IMG/VR virus record: IMGVR_UViG_3300009370_000002
Direction: 5' to 3' (one strand)
Length of the DNA: 64,000 nt
From: a virus
Shown here piece after piece: positions 49,115-57,521 of the stretch. Each line of letters opens with the position of its first letter. Positions within the stretch are counted from its first letter, which is position 1. A program made the translations under genes and the position numbers. Below the pieces are notes generated by a model that was not told the origin of the DNA, did no database searches, and was given only the letters and a program-made list of their open reading frames with translations.

Positions 49115-50278
49115 TCAATATATCCTCAAATTTCTCTGTTGTGTGGGGTTGATTTTTCGTTCAATTTCTTCTTTATTCTCATAAGCTATCTGCTGATCTC
49201 CTAAATACTTGATATTCTTCTCAACTGCCTCTTCAAAGCCAAGAGTTTCGATATCCAAGATGAATTTATCTATCTCATCATCGCCAATTAAGCCAAATGA
49301 GTTCCAAAAACCTTCTTCTTCTTCTTGTTCGTCCTCGGCAGACGCTTGTTCTCCGTCAGGAAAATAGTGTAACGTCCCCTCATCAAGATATTGTCTCCAT
49401 TCTTGGAAAACTCCGAAAAAATTCTCTCCTGGACTTGTTCCAGCAGGAAAACTTGAAGTCCTAGCAGGAGATGTCCGCTTATTCAGCCCTGGTTGAGCTT
49501 CATCTCCATGGACTCCCGACTTATACGGATCATACTCTCTATTAAAGAGCATACTGCCGTCACTTGGGATATCCATAGCATCAAATTCCTTCGCTCTTGC
49601 CATCATATTGTCGAAATTATCAAGTTGAATCTCCATAAGCTTGGCAACATACCCCATTCTGTCAGGTGGAATCTGCAAACTGTGTGGAGATGGGGATTTT
49701 CCGTCTGTTGGTTGATAACAATCATCATTTGGATCGGGTGTGCGGTTGCCGTAATCAAATTTATCGTTCCCGCCTTTGTAAGCAGGAAGCACTTCTCCGG
49801 TTTTTGCGTTGAATGTTTCCTTATCCGGTCCTTTTGGGGTCTTCCGTTTGATATAATTGAGCTTGTTCTTCAATTTCTTCCAAACATTAGCAGCATCATT
49901 GGTTGTGCTAGCGCTATGATCGGAAGTTATGCCTCCATCTTGTTCCATCTTCATATAATATGCAACAATTTCGTACATATGGGAGCCAATTCCTCGCCCT
50001 TGCCTCTCCTCTTTCACTGCGGAGGTGCCAATCTCTTGTGTTTCGGGAATACAAGGGGTTCTTCCTTTATTATCCATCTGCATTGTTCCGAGGGTACCAA
50101 CAATCATAGGCCATCCGGCTTTTACTCTCTCAGTTGTCCATTCGTACAAGTAGACATTGTATTCCCCGTCATGTTTTCCGATGTAGAGTCCAAGAGTTTT
50201 GAGATACTCCTCTTTTTGTTTGGCGCCCATTCTTTCTTCAGTGACAAACCGTCTCCATCCTTCAAACAAATTATTCAC
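49115..50278 (-). CDS. GNAT-fold protein with ENWR-type tag
   Basis: RQGRGIGSHMY (acyl-CoA binding motif A); MNNLFEGWRRFVTEE. Confidence 0.6.
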   Translation of the reverse strand: MNNLFEGWRRFVTEERMGAKQKEEYLKTLGLYIGKHDGEYNVYLYEWTTERVKAGWPMIVGTLGTMQMDNKGRTPCIPETQEIGTSAVKEERQGRGIGSHMYEIVAYYMKMEQDGGITSDHSASTTNDAANVWKKLKNKLNYIKRKTPKGPDKETFNAKTGEVLPAYKGGNDKFDYGNRTPDPNDDCYQPTDGKSPSPHSLQIPPDRMGYVAKLMEIQLDNFDNMMARAKEFDAMDIPSDGSMLFNREYDPYKSGVHGDEAQPGLNKRTSPARTSSFPAGTSPGENFFGVFQEWRQYLDEGTLHYFPDGEQASAEDEQEEEEGFWNSFGLIGDDEIDKFILDIETLGFEEAVEKNIKYLGDQQIAYENKEEIERKINPTQQRNLRIY

Positions 50279-50841
50279 TGAACTGCTTCCTCAATCTTCG
50301 TCTTGATGCCTTCGTAGCTCCATCCGTGAATGTATTCGACAATCGTCATCTCTTTATCGATGATTACAAACGTTGGGTAACCAGCACACCGATATCCGAC
50401 ATCCAATCCATCATTTTCAAAGTCAAGAAGTTCCCCTTTCTTGCCGGATAACACCGGAGACTCAAGGTTGAATTCTTTTACCCAACTTTTCAAATCATTA
50501 CACGATGGTTGCTTGCCGTTATCGTTCTCAACAAGAACAGTTATCCATTCAAAGCCACTGTCCTTGTACATATTGACAAGCTCAACCTCTTTCATTGCAG
50601 CAGCACCACAATAATAACACCACATTGTCGAAAAATCCAATAAGATTACCTTGCCTTTGTAATCATGAAGGCTAACATATTCATTCTTGTGATTGAAAAG
50701 AGTAAAATCACACGCATGTTCACCAGGAGCGTATCCGCAATTAACAATTTCTTCGATTGCTGTCTCCTGTGTAACGTCTTTGTTATTAACTTGCTTTGCA
50801 CATGACGTAAGGGCTAGCATAAGTAACATTAAATATTTCAC
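50275..50841 (-). CDS. TlpA/AhpC-TSA thioredoxin-like lipoprotein
   Basis: LTSC lipobox, KVILLDFSTMWCYYC, GYPTFVIIDK. Confidence 0.85.
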   Translation of the reverse strand: MKYLMLLMLALTSCAKQVNNKDVTQETAIEEIVNCGYAPGEHACDFTLFNHKNEYVSLHDYKGKVILLDFSTMWCYYCGAAAMKEVELVNMYKDSGFEWITVLVENDNGKQPSCNDLKSWVKEFNLESPVLSGKKGELLDFENDGLDVGYRCAGYPTFVIIDKEMTIVEYIHGWSYEGIKTKIEEAVQ

Positions 50842-50859
50842 GATATAGTACTCCTTTAT

Positions 50860-50888
50860 AATATAACACGTTTCGGGTGTTCTGTCAA
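50860..50888 (-). promoter_or_regulatory. sigma70-type promoter
   Basis: TTGACA-17-TATATT. Confidence 0.75.
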
Positions 50889-52237
50889 ATAATTTTCACT
50901 TTTATTCTGCGTTTGGATTCAAAGATGCCCGATTGCATACTCTGCATCACCTTGGTGTTGAAAAGCCCAATGTCTGCAATAACAAATTGTCCATCGGCAC
51001 GTTTCATAACATTTGCGTTATGCATATCTTTGGCTTGAATGTTCCAATCTCTTCCTAATCTTCTGATTGTGCTGATGATTGCATCGAAGGGGTACTTCTG
51101 TGGCTTCATTTTGCCTGGGCTCTTTTGAGCAGGGTTAGCCGTAACACCTGATGTATCATATTGTTTCTTTTGTTCTTTGAGTTTGGGGTTTGGCTGAACG
51201 TCTGCGTCCCAAATTTCGGACGATTCCCCATGCCCGGTTTCGTATGAAGACGCATGTTCACCTGATTTGGTATACTTCATTGGATACTTCTGTGAAAAGA
51301 TGGTATCAAACAATGCTCCCATCAACATTGCAACGAATTCGTGATCGTCTCCCAAGAATGCGCCTTCTTCCTCTCCAAAATCTCCCCGGTACTCATCGAC
51401 AAGAAGCGTGGAGACTCCATTCAGAAACTTGTTGAAATCTTTATTCAATTTATACAGTTCATCGATGGCAAGATACTTAATATCATCAACCATACTGCTG
51501 TCTTCCCATATCTTCATCACTTCTGTCGTCATATATGACTTGCCGCCCCTCAATATATTTTTGACATATGCTTGAGGGTTTTTCTTGACATGCTTATACT
51601 CTGGAGCCCTCATAACAGCCTTGACAATTGCTGTTGCCATATCGACACCAAATGTCATCCCAACATCACCGTCTCTGTCGGTGATATAGTCGATTAACTG
51701 AAATCCTCTTCCCTCTTGCCCTTTCATAGAGTAGTGGTAAGCTAATCCTGATATCTCTGACATAAAGAGCTTCTCTTCGCTGCTGTCCAGGGGGATGAGC
51801 TTCTCCATGATGATGTAGAGCCCACCGCCATGTTCGGAGACAGAATAGATAATAGGAAGAATCTTGCCGAGCTTTTGAGCCTCGGCATCTTGCCTGATGT
51901 TTCCCAACTCAACAAACTTCTTTACTGCTTGGTAGTTTTTCCGTTCTCGGGCATAACCCTGAGATTGATCAGAAACATATTTAAGAGCATACCTTTTGTC
52001 TCCATCTCCAACATCAGCTATAATCTCGTATACAATACCAAACATTCCTTCGCCCAACTTCTTTAAAAGGATGATACCCTGCTGTTTAAGGTAGTCTTTG
52101 TCTATTGTCTCGGAAATGACTTCTTTCTTGATTGGGTCATCGCACTTTGCCTTGAGTTTGGGATCGTCAGAAGCACAGAAAAACCGCCTTTGCTTCTCAG
52201 AATACACCTCTTTAATTATTTTAACTTTCATCATCAA
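50885..52237 (-). CDS. Protein-kinase-fold protein with large insertion
   Basis: LGEGMFGIVY, YALKYV, YIIMEKL, KDMHNANVM, IADIGLF. Confidence 0.82.
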   Translation of the reverse strand: MMMKVKIIKEVYSEKQRRFFCASDDPKLKAKCDDPIKKEVISETIDKDYLKQQGIILLKKLGEGMFGIVYEIIADVGDGDKRYALKYVSDQSQGYARERKNYQAVKKFVELGNIRQDAEAQKLGKILPIIYSVSEHGGGLYIIMEKLIPLDSSEEKLFMSEISGLAYHYSMKGQEGRGFQLIDYITDRDGDVGMTFGVDMATAIVKAVMRAPEYKHVKKNPQAYVKNILRGGKSYMTTEVMKIWEDSSMVDDIKYLAIDELYKLNKDFNKFLNGVSTLLVDEYRGDFGEEEGAFLGDDHEFVAMLMGALFDTIFSQKYPMKYTKSGEHASSYETGHGESSEIWDADVQPNPKLKEQKKQYDTSGVTANPAQKSPGKMKPQKYPFDAIISTIRRLGRDWNIQAKDMHNANVMKRADGQFVIADIGLFNTKVMQSMQSGIFESKRRIKVKII

Positions 52238-52253
52238 TCCTCGTATTCAAACG

Positions 52254-52261
52254 TAAATAGT
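52254..52261 (-). promoter_or_regulatory. Putative phage late promoter ACTATTTA
   Basis: Intergenic, about 17 nt upstream of kinase ATG. Confidence 0.6.
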
Positions 52262-52265
52262 TTGA

Positions 52266-53243
52266 TTATTGATAATAATACGCTATTTCAACCAAAGAGT
52301 CAGCTTCAGGCACAACAGTAAAATATACTCTGTTTTCCGCAGGTTCGTAATACCAATCTGAATATTCGGCACCATCAACAAAAACATAAATTCTATCATC
52401 ATACAATGGCTGCATTGCTAAGTCCCAATATTCATAGGGAGCAATTTCATTAGAGGCATCTGCTACACCGGCGCTCCAATCCTCTGAGCAAATATCAACT
52501 ATCTGCCCATTGAACGCATTTGTGGCGTCCATATAATTCAACCCTGTGAATACTGGCGTTGGGTTACATAATGACTCCGCCGGATCCAAATGGATGATTG
52601 AAGCAACCCCAACAGTGCTCCGGATACCAGATACCCAAGATACAAAGTGACTAGGAGAATTGATATATACTTGACTCTGGTCGTCTTCGTCGGAGACAAA
52701 CACAATCAGTAATGCTGCATCGTCTCTCATCCACGTTTGGGCATACGAACTATTCATGATGTAACCATAAGCTGCGTCAAAGCCAGCCTCAAATGCACCT
52801 CTAAGTGCCTGATTGTACATCGTCTCTGCCATCTCCGGTGTGTCTCCCGGTATGAGGGGGAATTGGGCTTCCTGCTCAGCAAATCTGTAGTCTGATGGAA
52901 TGATAGCCAGTCTCCATCCTGTAGCAGGAAGAGCATTCATCATGGCATCAATCCCTGCTAATATTCTTGGAGCATCATCATTCATAGAGCCCGATGGGTC
53001 GATTACCCACAATATGTCTACTCCATTTACTGATGCTGGTTGTATAAAATGCTCCACCCAAACATCAGCAGCATCATCCCCCGTATCTTCGATATAAACC
53101 TCAACTTCTTTCTCTACAATTACCTCAACTTCTTTCTCTACAATTACCTCAACTTCTCTGTCTTCATAAACAACTTTTTCAACTTCGTGAGTCAACATGT
53201 TGTCGCTGAAACAGGAGAAAAGCATCAAAAACAAAACAAACAT
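52266..53243 (-). CDS. vWA-domain lipoprotein
   Basis: LFSC lipobox, DILWVIDPSGSM (MIDAS DxSxS), IVFVSDEDD. Confidence 0.8.
   Translation of the reverse strand: MFVLFLMLFSCFSDNMLTHEVEKVVYEDREVEVIVEKEVEVIVEKEVEVYIEDTGDDAADVWVEHFIQPASVNGVDILWVIDPSGSMNDDAPRILAGIDAMMNALPATGWRLAIIPSDYRFAEQEAQFPLIPGDTPEMAETMYNQALRGAFEAGFDAAYGYIMNSSYAQTWMRDDAALLIVFVSDEDDQSQVYINSPSHFVSWVSGIRSTVGVASIIHLDPAESLCNPTPVFTGLNYMDATNAFNGQIVDICSEDWSAGVADASNEIAPYEYWDLAMQPLYDDRIYVFVDGAEYSDWYYEPAENRVYFTVVPEADSLVEIAYYYQ
53098..53157. repeat. 2.5 tandem copies of a 24-nt unit (EVEVIVEK)
   Basis: acctcaacttctttctctacaatt at 53098 and 53122, partial at 53146. Confidence 0.9.
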
Positions 53244-53290
53244 TCATAGGACCCCCCCTAAAAGTAACTATGTATGAAATGTCGTTATTC

Positions 53291-53521
53291 TTATATCACG
53301 TTGATTTTCCTAACACAATTCTTTGGAATTGTGAAAGTGTCATCGGTAGCAGGAAAAAATATAACCCATGAATCTATTGGTTCAAGATCCTCATTCGGAA
53401 CATCAGACGGCAAGATAGTTGCTTCATCTATGACTATGCCCCAATCCTTTAAATCGACAACCCTTTGAAGTTCTTCTTTGACAGCAACCAAGTCCCCAAT
53501 ATAGATTGGCAAATCTTTCAT
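53291..53521 (-). CDS. KOW/SH3-like miniprotein
   Basis: IYIGDLVAV...WGIVI. Confidence 0.55.
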   Translation of the reverse strand: MKDLPIYIGDLVAVKEELQRVVDLKDWGIVIDEATILPSDVPNEDLEPIDSWVIFFPATDDTFTIPKNCVRKINVI

Positions 53522-54673
53522 TTATTTGAGGAGCCACTTTAAATCTTCTATGGTTAGTTCTTCAACGCTGTCTGAGAACTGGTCTATAGCGAACACTGGG
53601 GTGGTTATTTGAGGTAGAATTTCCTTCCAGAATTTCGCCACCGGTGGTGGGTTACCCATTTGTAAGTCCGCTTTGGTATAAAGCATATACCATCCAACAA
53701 TTTCCCAGTTTGCCATAAGTGCTTCTTCGACTTTCCCACCGTTTGCAGCTATATCTCCTTGGTTAAGGAGGGTATTGTCTCTTAACGCCCTCATCTCTTT
53801 TTTGCTGTATGTTCTTGGTGCCGGCTCACCTTCAACACCAGCAGACTTAAGCATAGATGAAAGTTTATCAGCCATCGCAATAGCTTCCGGACTTTGTCCA
53901 TCTCTGGTTTTCATTGCTATCATTATTTCACCCCACAATTCTGGAGTTTGCATTTCAGACGGAAGCTCTTTAAAAGCCTTTCGAGTCCACTTTCTCCAGT
54001 CAGAATACATTTTCATTGTTTTGCCTGTGTTGGTGGATTTTAACTTATCCATGCCTGCTCTCTTTGGCAACTTATTTGCAAATCTACTCTTTACATCAGC
54101 ATGAGCAGTTCGCAATGTTTGTGTTGCTAAATCTCCTTTGCTAGCGTACAGTACCCTGGTTGGCTTTACATAAAACCCAAAACTCCCTGCTCTAGGTGCT
54201 CCATAAGACTTATCAAATCCATGCACAGATAAAACATCTCGCTGCTTCTGCCCTTGAGCCTTGACCCAACTTGTTCTTGAAAACTTAGCATATTTTAATC
54301 CAGCCCCTGACCATGCTTGTTGGGCATGCGCTCTATAGTTTAAATCATGAGCCCAAGTTATTTCGTTGGCAAGGTAATCTTGATCAGAGTGTTTCATAAA
54401 GAGTTGAATTAATTGTTTCTCTATCGATTCCTCGGCTGGTGTTTGGGCATATACGGCTCTTCTGCCTGATGGGTGCCCTGTCCACTGCTTATAATATTGG
54501 GGAGCATTTTGGACGTATTTTGGAAGGTTCTCGGGGGGTATGTTCTCGCCCTCAACTCCATATCCTGCTTGAAGTTTGTGCCACTGATTCAGTAATGGAT
54601 CAAGTTCATCTAAGAAATCATCGTCGGATGTTTCATTGAGGTGTCCCCTCCAATTTTCAAATAGTTTGTTCAT
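53522..54673 (-). CDS. Hypothetical protein with ENWR tag
   Basis: MNKLFENWRGHLNE. Confidence 0.65.
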   Translation of the reverse strand: MNKLFENWRGHLNETSDDDFLDELDPLLNQWHKLQAGYGVEGENIPPENLPKYVQNAPQYYKQWTGHPSGRRAVYAQTPAEESIEKQLIQLFMKHSDQDYLANEITWAHDLNYRAHAQQAWSGAGLKYAKFSRTSWVKAQGQKQRDVLSVHGFDKSYGAPRAGSFGFYVKPTRVLYASKGDLATQTLRTAHADVKSRFANKLPKRAGMDKLKSTNTGKTMKMYSDWRKWTRKAFKELPSEMQTPELWGEIMIAMKTRDGQSPEAIAMADKLSSMLKSAGVEGEPAPRTYSKKEMRALRDNTLLNQGDIAANGGKVEEALMANWEIVGWYMLYTKADLQMGNPPPVAKFWKEILPQITTPVFAIDQFSDSVEELTIEDLKWLLK

Positions 54674-54978
54674 TGTCCCAACTCCATAATTTTGTCTAGA
54701 AGGATACCCTCTGCATCTAAGAATCCTTCCTTCCCTTCATTGCTGTTCATCCACTCTGATGCCTTTCTTCGAAACAGTCCTTCGTCACCTATTGAAGCCA
54801 TAAACTGATTGTAGGCATCTTCGAGTTGTTGAGGGCTTGGGTCGGAGAGCAACATATTAAAAGAATTTAAAAGATTGTTTAAATTCTGCTCCTTGCCTTC
54901 TGGTGCATTTGATAAATGATAGGACGACTCATACGCTTCTGTCAAATATCTCCGCCAATTTTCAAATAGTTTATTCAT
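54670..54978 (-). CDS. Hypothetical protein with ENWR tag
   Basis: MNKLFENWRRYLTE; start after GGAG RBS and ACTACTTA. Confidence 0.7.
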   Translation of the reverse strand: MNKLFENWRRYLTEAYESSYHLSNAPEGKEQNLNNLLNSFNMLLSDPSPQQLEDAYNQFMASIGDEGLFRRKASEWMNSNEGKEGFLDAEGILLDKIMELGQ

Positions 54979-54994
54979 TCTATATCTCCAATCA

Positions 54995-55002
54995 TAAGTA
55001 GT
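54995..55002 (-). promoter_or_regulatory. Putative phage late promoter ACTACTTA
   Basis: About 17 nt upstream of 54978 ATG at a divergent junction. Confidence 0.6.
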
Positions 55003-55105
55003 GATTTTGTTCACCTTTTCACTGATCATTATATCTGATTGCGACTTTTTTGCGACACAACCAAATCGCAATAACCCAGGACTATATAAGACAACGAGAG
55101 AGAAA

Positions 55106-56044
55106 ATGTCTATTTCAATAATAATCGGAACCCTTGGTTTCATCATGGCGGCTTATGCCGTTATTGCGAATGATAGCGCCCAAACGTTGGGCACGTTCAT
55201 TGCATCAAACAAAGAATCAAAATGGCAATGGCAATGGCTAACCATGGCAACCGTGATGGTTGCAACACTTACATACGGCTACATGTCCGGCGACATCGCC
55301 CATGGGAGGCTGGATGCAATCCCACAGCCTGACGTATTCAAATGGTACCACCTTGCTGCCCCTGCATTACTGTTAGGGCTGACAAGATTTGGTGTGCCGG
55401 TGAGCACAACTATCCTAACACTCAGTGTATTCTCAAGCACCTTCGTTTTGGAAAAAATTCTTTTGAAGTCTGCGATGGGTTATGCCCTAGCTGCGGTAGC
55501 GGCATATGCCTTGTGGAATCTTTTGTCAAAATTCCTTGACGAGAAGTCTCCTGTTGCTGAAAAGAACAAATCCAAGTGGAGAGTTGCTCAGTGGGTTGCA
55601 ACATGCTTCCTGTGGCACCAATGGCTCGCCCATGACATAGCAAATGTCGCCGTTTTCCTCCCAAGGGGGGAAGCACTACCCCTATGGATGTTTGTGAGTT
55701 TTATGGCTATCCTCGTCGCTGGGTTGGCACATCTGTTCTACAACAGAGGAGGAAAGATTCAGGAGATTGTTCTATCAAAGTCTGGAACTCGATTCATGCG
55801 ATCAGCAACAATCATCGATTTCACATATGCTATCATCCTGTGGTACTTCAAGGAACACAACAACATACCGATGTCAACAACATGGGTATTCGTTGGGCTG
55901 CTCTGCGGTAGAGAGCTTGCCGTTTATCGACACTTCAAGGCTAAGGACGGAATCAAGGTGGTATTTCCAATGTTGGTTGCTGACTTCATGAAGATGATGG
56001 TTGGTTTAGCCCTCAGTGTTGTGCTTGTTTGGTTTATTTCATAA
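55106..56044 (+). CDS. PiT/PHO4-like inorganic phosphate transporter
   Basis: Multiple TM helices; paired signatures IANDSAQ and AHDIAN, PVSTT and PMSTT. Confidence 0.7.
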   Translation: MSISIIIGTLGFIMAAYAVIANDSAQTLGTFIASNKESKWQWQWLTMATVMVATLTYGYMSGDIAHGRLDAIPQPDVFKWYHLAAPALLLGLTRFGVPVSTTILTLSVFSSTFVLEKILLKSAMGYALAAVAAYALWNLLSKFLDEKSPVAEKNKSKWRVAQWVATCFLWHQWLAHDIANVAVFLPRGEALPLWMFVSFMAILVAGLAHLFYNRGGKIQEIVLSKSGTRFMRSATIIDFTYAIILWYFKEHNNIPMSTTWVFVGLLCGRELAVYRHFKAKDGIKVVFPMLVADFMKMMVGLALSVVLVWFIS

Positions 56045-56049
56045 ATAAT

Positions 56050-56078
56050 TTGACAAATCGCCCGAGCCGTGATATATA
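56050..56078 (+). promoter_or_regulatory. sigma70-type promoter for the tmRNA/tRNA unit
   Basis: TTGACA-17-TATATA. Confidence 0.7.
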
Positions 56079-56111
56079 TTAATTACTAACACACATTCAT
56101 GAGGTATCAAT

Positions 56112-56315
56112 ATGAAAGTTGGAGATTTAGTATTTATTGAAAGAGCTTATGGCTCTAAAGGTATTATTGTTGCCATGAGAAAAGAAATGTACAGAACAGC
56201 CTTAGTCTGTGACGTTTGGCTTTATGAATTAGACGACAACAAAGACGCAGAAGGCAAAAGGAAAATCTACACTTTCATGCAATCTCAGTTAGAAGTTATA
56301 AGCGAGGGGGCGTAA
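56112..56315 (+). CDS. KOW/SH3-like miniprotein
   Basis: MKVGDLV...GIIV; GAGG RBS; stop lies inside tmRNA 5' end. Confidence 0.65.
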   Translation: MKVGDLVFIERAYGSKGIIVAMRKEMYRTALVCDVWLYELDDNKDAEGKRKIYTFMQSQLEVISEGA

Positions 56316-56619
56316 TGGTTTCGACAGAGTAGTACAGAGATTTAGAGTGCAAGCAAAATTGCAAATAACTGCAAACAATAATAATCATTACGAAGTAGCC
56401 CTAGCGGCTTAATCGGGTGGTCGTCTCGAACCATCTAACCAAGAGAGACTAAGTGGGTGACTCCACCGAAATAAACAAAGCCAACAAGAACCTGTTTATT
56501 GATAGTTTCTCAGCAAAAAAACTATATGATTTTGTTCGTTTATAAGTAAACGAGCCAAGCTTGTGGATGACTTTATTTAACTGCTACTGTGGACGAGGGT
56601 TCGATTCCCTCCGCCTCCA
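56306..56619 (+). ncRNA. ssrA: tmRNA, tag ANNNNHYEVALAA
   Basis: 5' GGGGGCG pairs with 3' CGCCTCC-A with G3:U; TTCGAC D-like loop; GGTTCGATTCC T arm; tag ORF 56371-56412 ends ALAA-TAA. Confidence 0.95.
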
Positions 56620-56624
56620 CTTAT

Positions 56625-56699
56625 GCGAGTGTAGCTCAGTGGTAGAGCGTCACGTTGCCAACGTGAGGGTCGTGGGTTCGAATCCCATCACTCGCTCCA
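56625..56699 (+). tRNA. tRNA-Gly(GCC)
   Basis: Cloverleaf GCGAGTG/CACTCGC, anticodon loop TTGCCAA, TTCGAAT loop, encoded CCA. Confidence 0.95.
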
Positions 56700-56720
56700 T
56701 TTAAAAAGAAACGAGAAAAT

Positions 56721-56894
56721 ATGAAAGTTGGAGATTTAGTTAAACACATTACATCATCAAAATATGGTATTATTATAGAGATAATGGATTATACAATGCA
56801 TCCACCGGCTGGGGTGTATTGTCATATTTTGTGGGCTGATGAAAAAGAACCATTCTGGATATGGGATGATATAATCCGACAACACCCACAATGA
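56721..56894 (+). CDS. 57-aa KOW/SH3-like miniprotein (not in ORF track)
   Basis: Translated by hand: MKVGDLVKHITSSKYGIIIEI...; ATGA overlap with next gene. Confidence 0.7.
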   Translation: MKVGDLVKHITSSKYGIIIEIMDYTMHPPAGVYCHILWADEKEPFWIWDDIIRQHPQ

Positions 56895-57109
56895 AAGAGG
56901 GTGATTTGGTTTGGTGTGTGCATCATATATATTTCTTACCAGAACAAGGGATAATCGTTGAGATTATCAAAAATTTTGATACATATTATGTTGTCTTGAT
57001 TGGGGGCGAGTTATACACTCTCAACCCACAAGAAGTTTTCATAAACGAATCTCAAGCATTACGATACCAAATAGACATACTAAGAGAGAACAAATATACG
57101 CCAATATAA
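56891..57109 (+). CDS. KOW/SH3-like miniprotein
   Basis: MKEGDLVWC...QGIIVEI. Confidence 0.65.
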   Translation: MKEGDLVWCVHHIYFLPEQGIIVEIIKNFDTYYVVLIGGELYTLNPQEVFINESQALRYQIDILRENKYTPI

Positions 57110-57110
57110 A

Positions 57111-57521
57111 TTATATTTTTTCGAATTCTAATTCGGGAGCATATTTCTTCTTCACTTTGTCGCTTAATGGGATTGCTTCGCCATCCCCGTCTATCCTAAC
57201 GAATACCATCTCAGTCGAGCAGACTAATCTTTGGGTGCCGTTATAAACGCTGTGCCTACGTGCTTCTAGACGGAGTGTGATGCTTGTATTTCCGACTTTT
57301 TTCACTTGCCCGTATATCTTGATTATCTGCCCTGGGCGAACGGGTTTTTCGAACGTTACGGACGATATATGCTTAGTCACCATTCGAGGTGAATCACAAC
57401 ATTGAGCAGCATATGCAGCACCGGCTTCATCAAGCCATGCAAGCATTCTGCCACCGAACAGGTTCCCATGGTAGCCCACTTGACTGGCCTTGCAGAAATA
57501 GGTTGTTATTAAGTCCATCAC
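57111..57521 (-). CDS. Hotdog-fold acyl-CoA thioesterase (YciA-like)
   Basis: HGNLFGGRMLAWLDEAG, FEKPV, VGNTSI, MVFVRID. Confidence 0.88.
   Translation of the reverse strand: MMDLITTYFCKASQVGYHGNLFGGRMLAWLDEAGAAYAAQCCDSPRMVTKHISSVTFEKPVRPGQIIKIYGQVKKVGNTSITLRLEARRHSVYNGTQRLVCSTEMVFVRIDGDGEAIPLSDKVKKKYAPELEFEKI

Noticed and set aside
54650-54978. NKLFE tag codons (AAACTATTTG) resemble the ACTATTTA motif
   Set aside because: Last base mismatches, other tag copies use different codons, and the position is downstream of the start; probably coincidence
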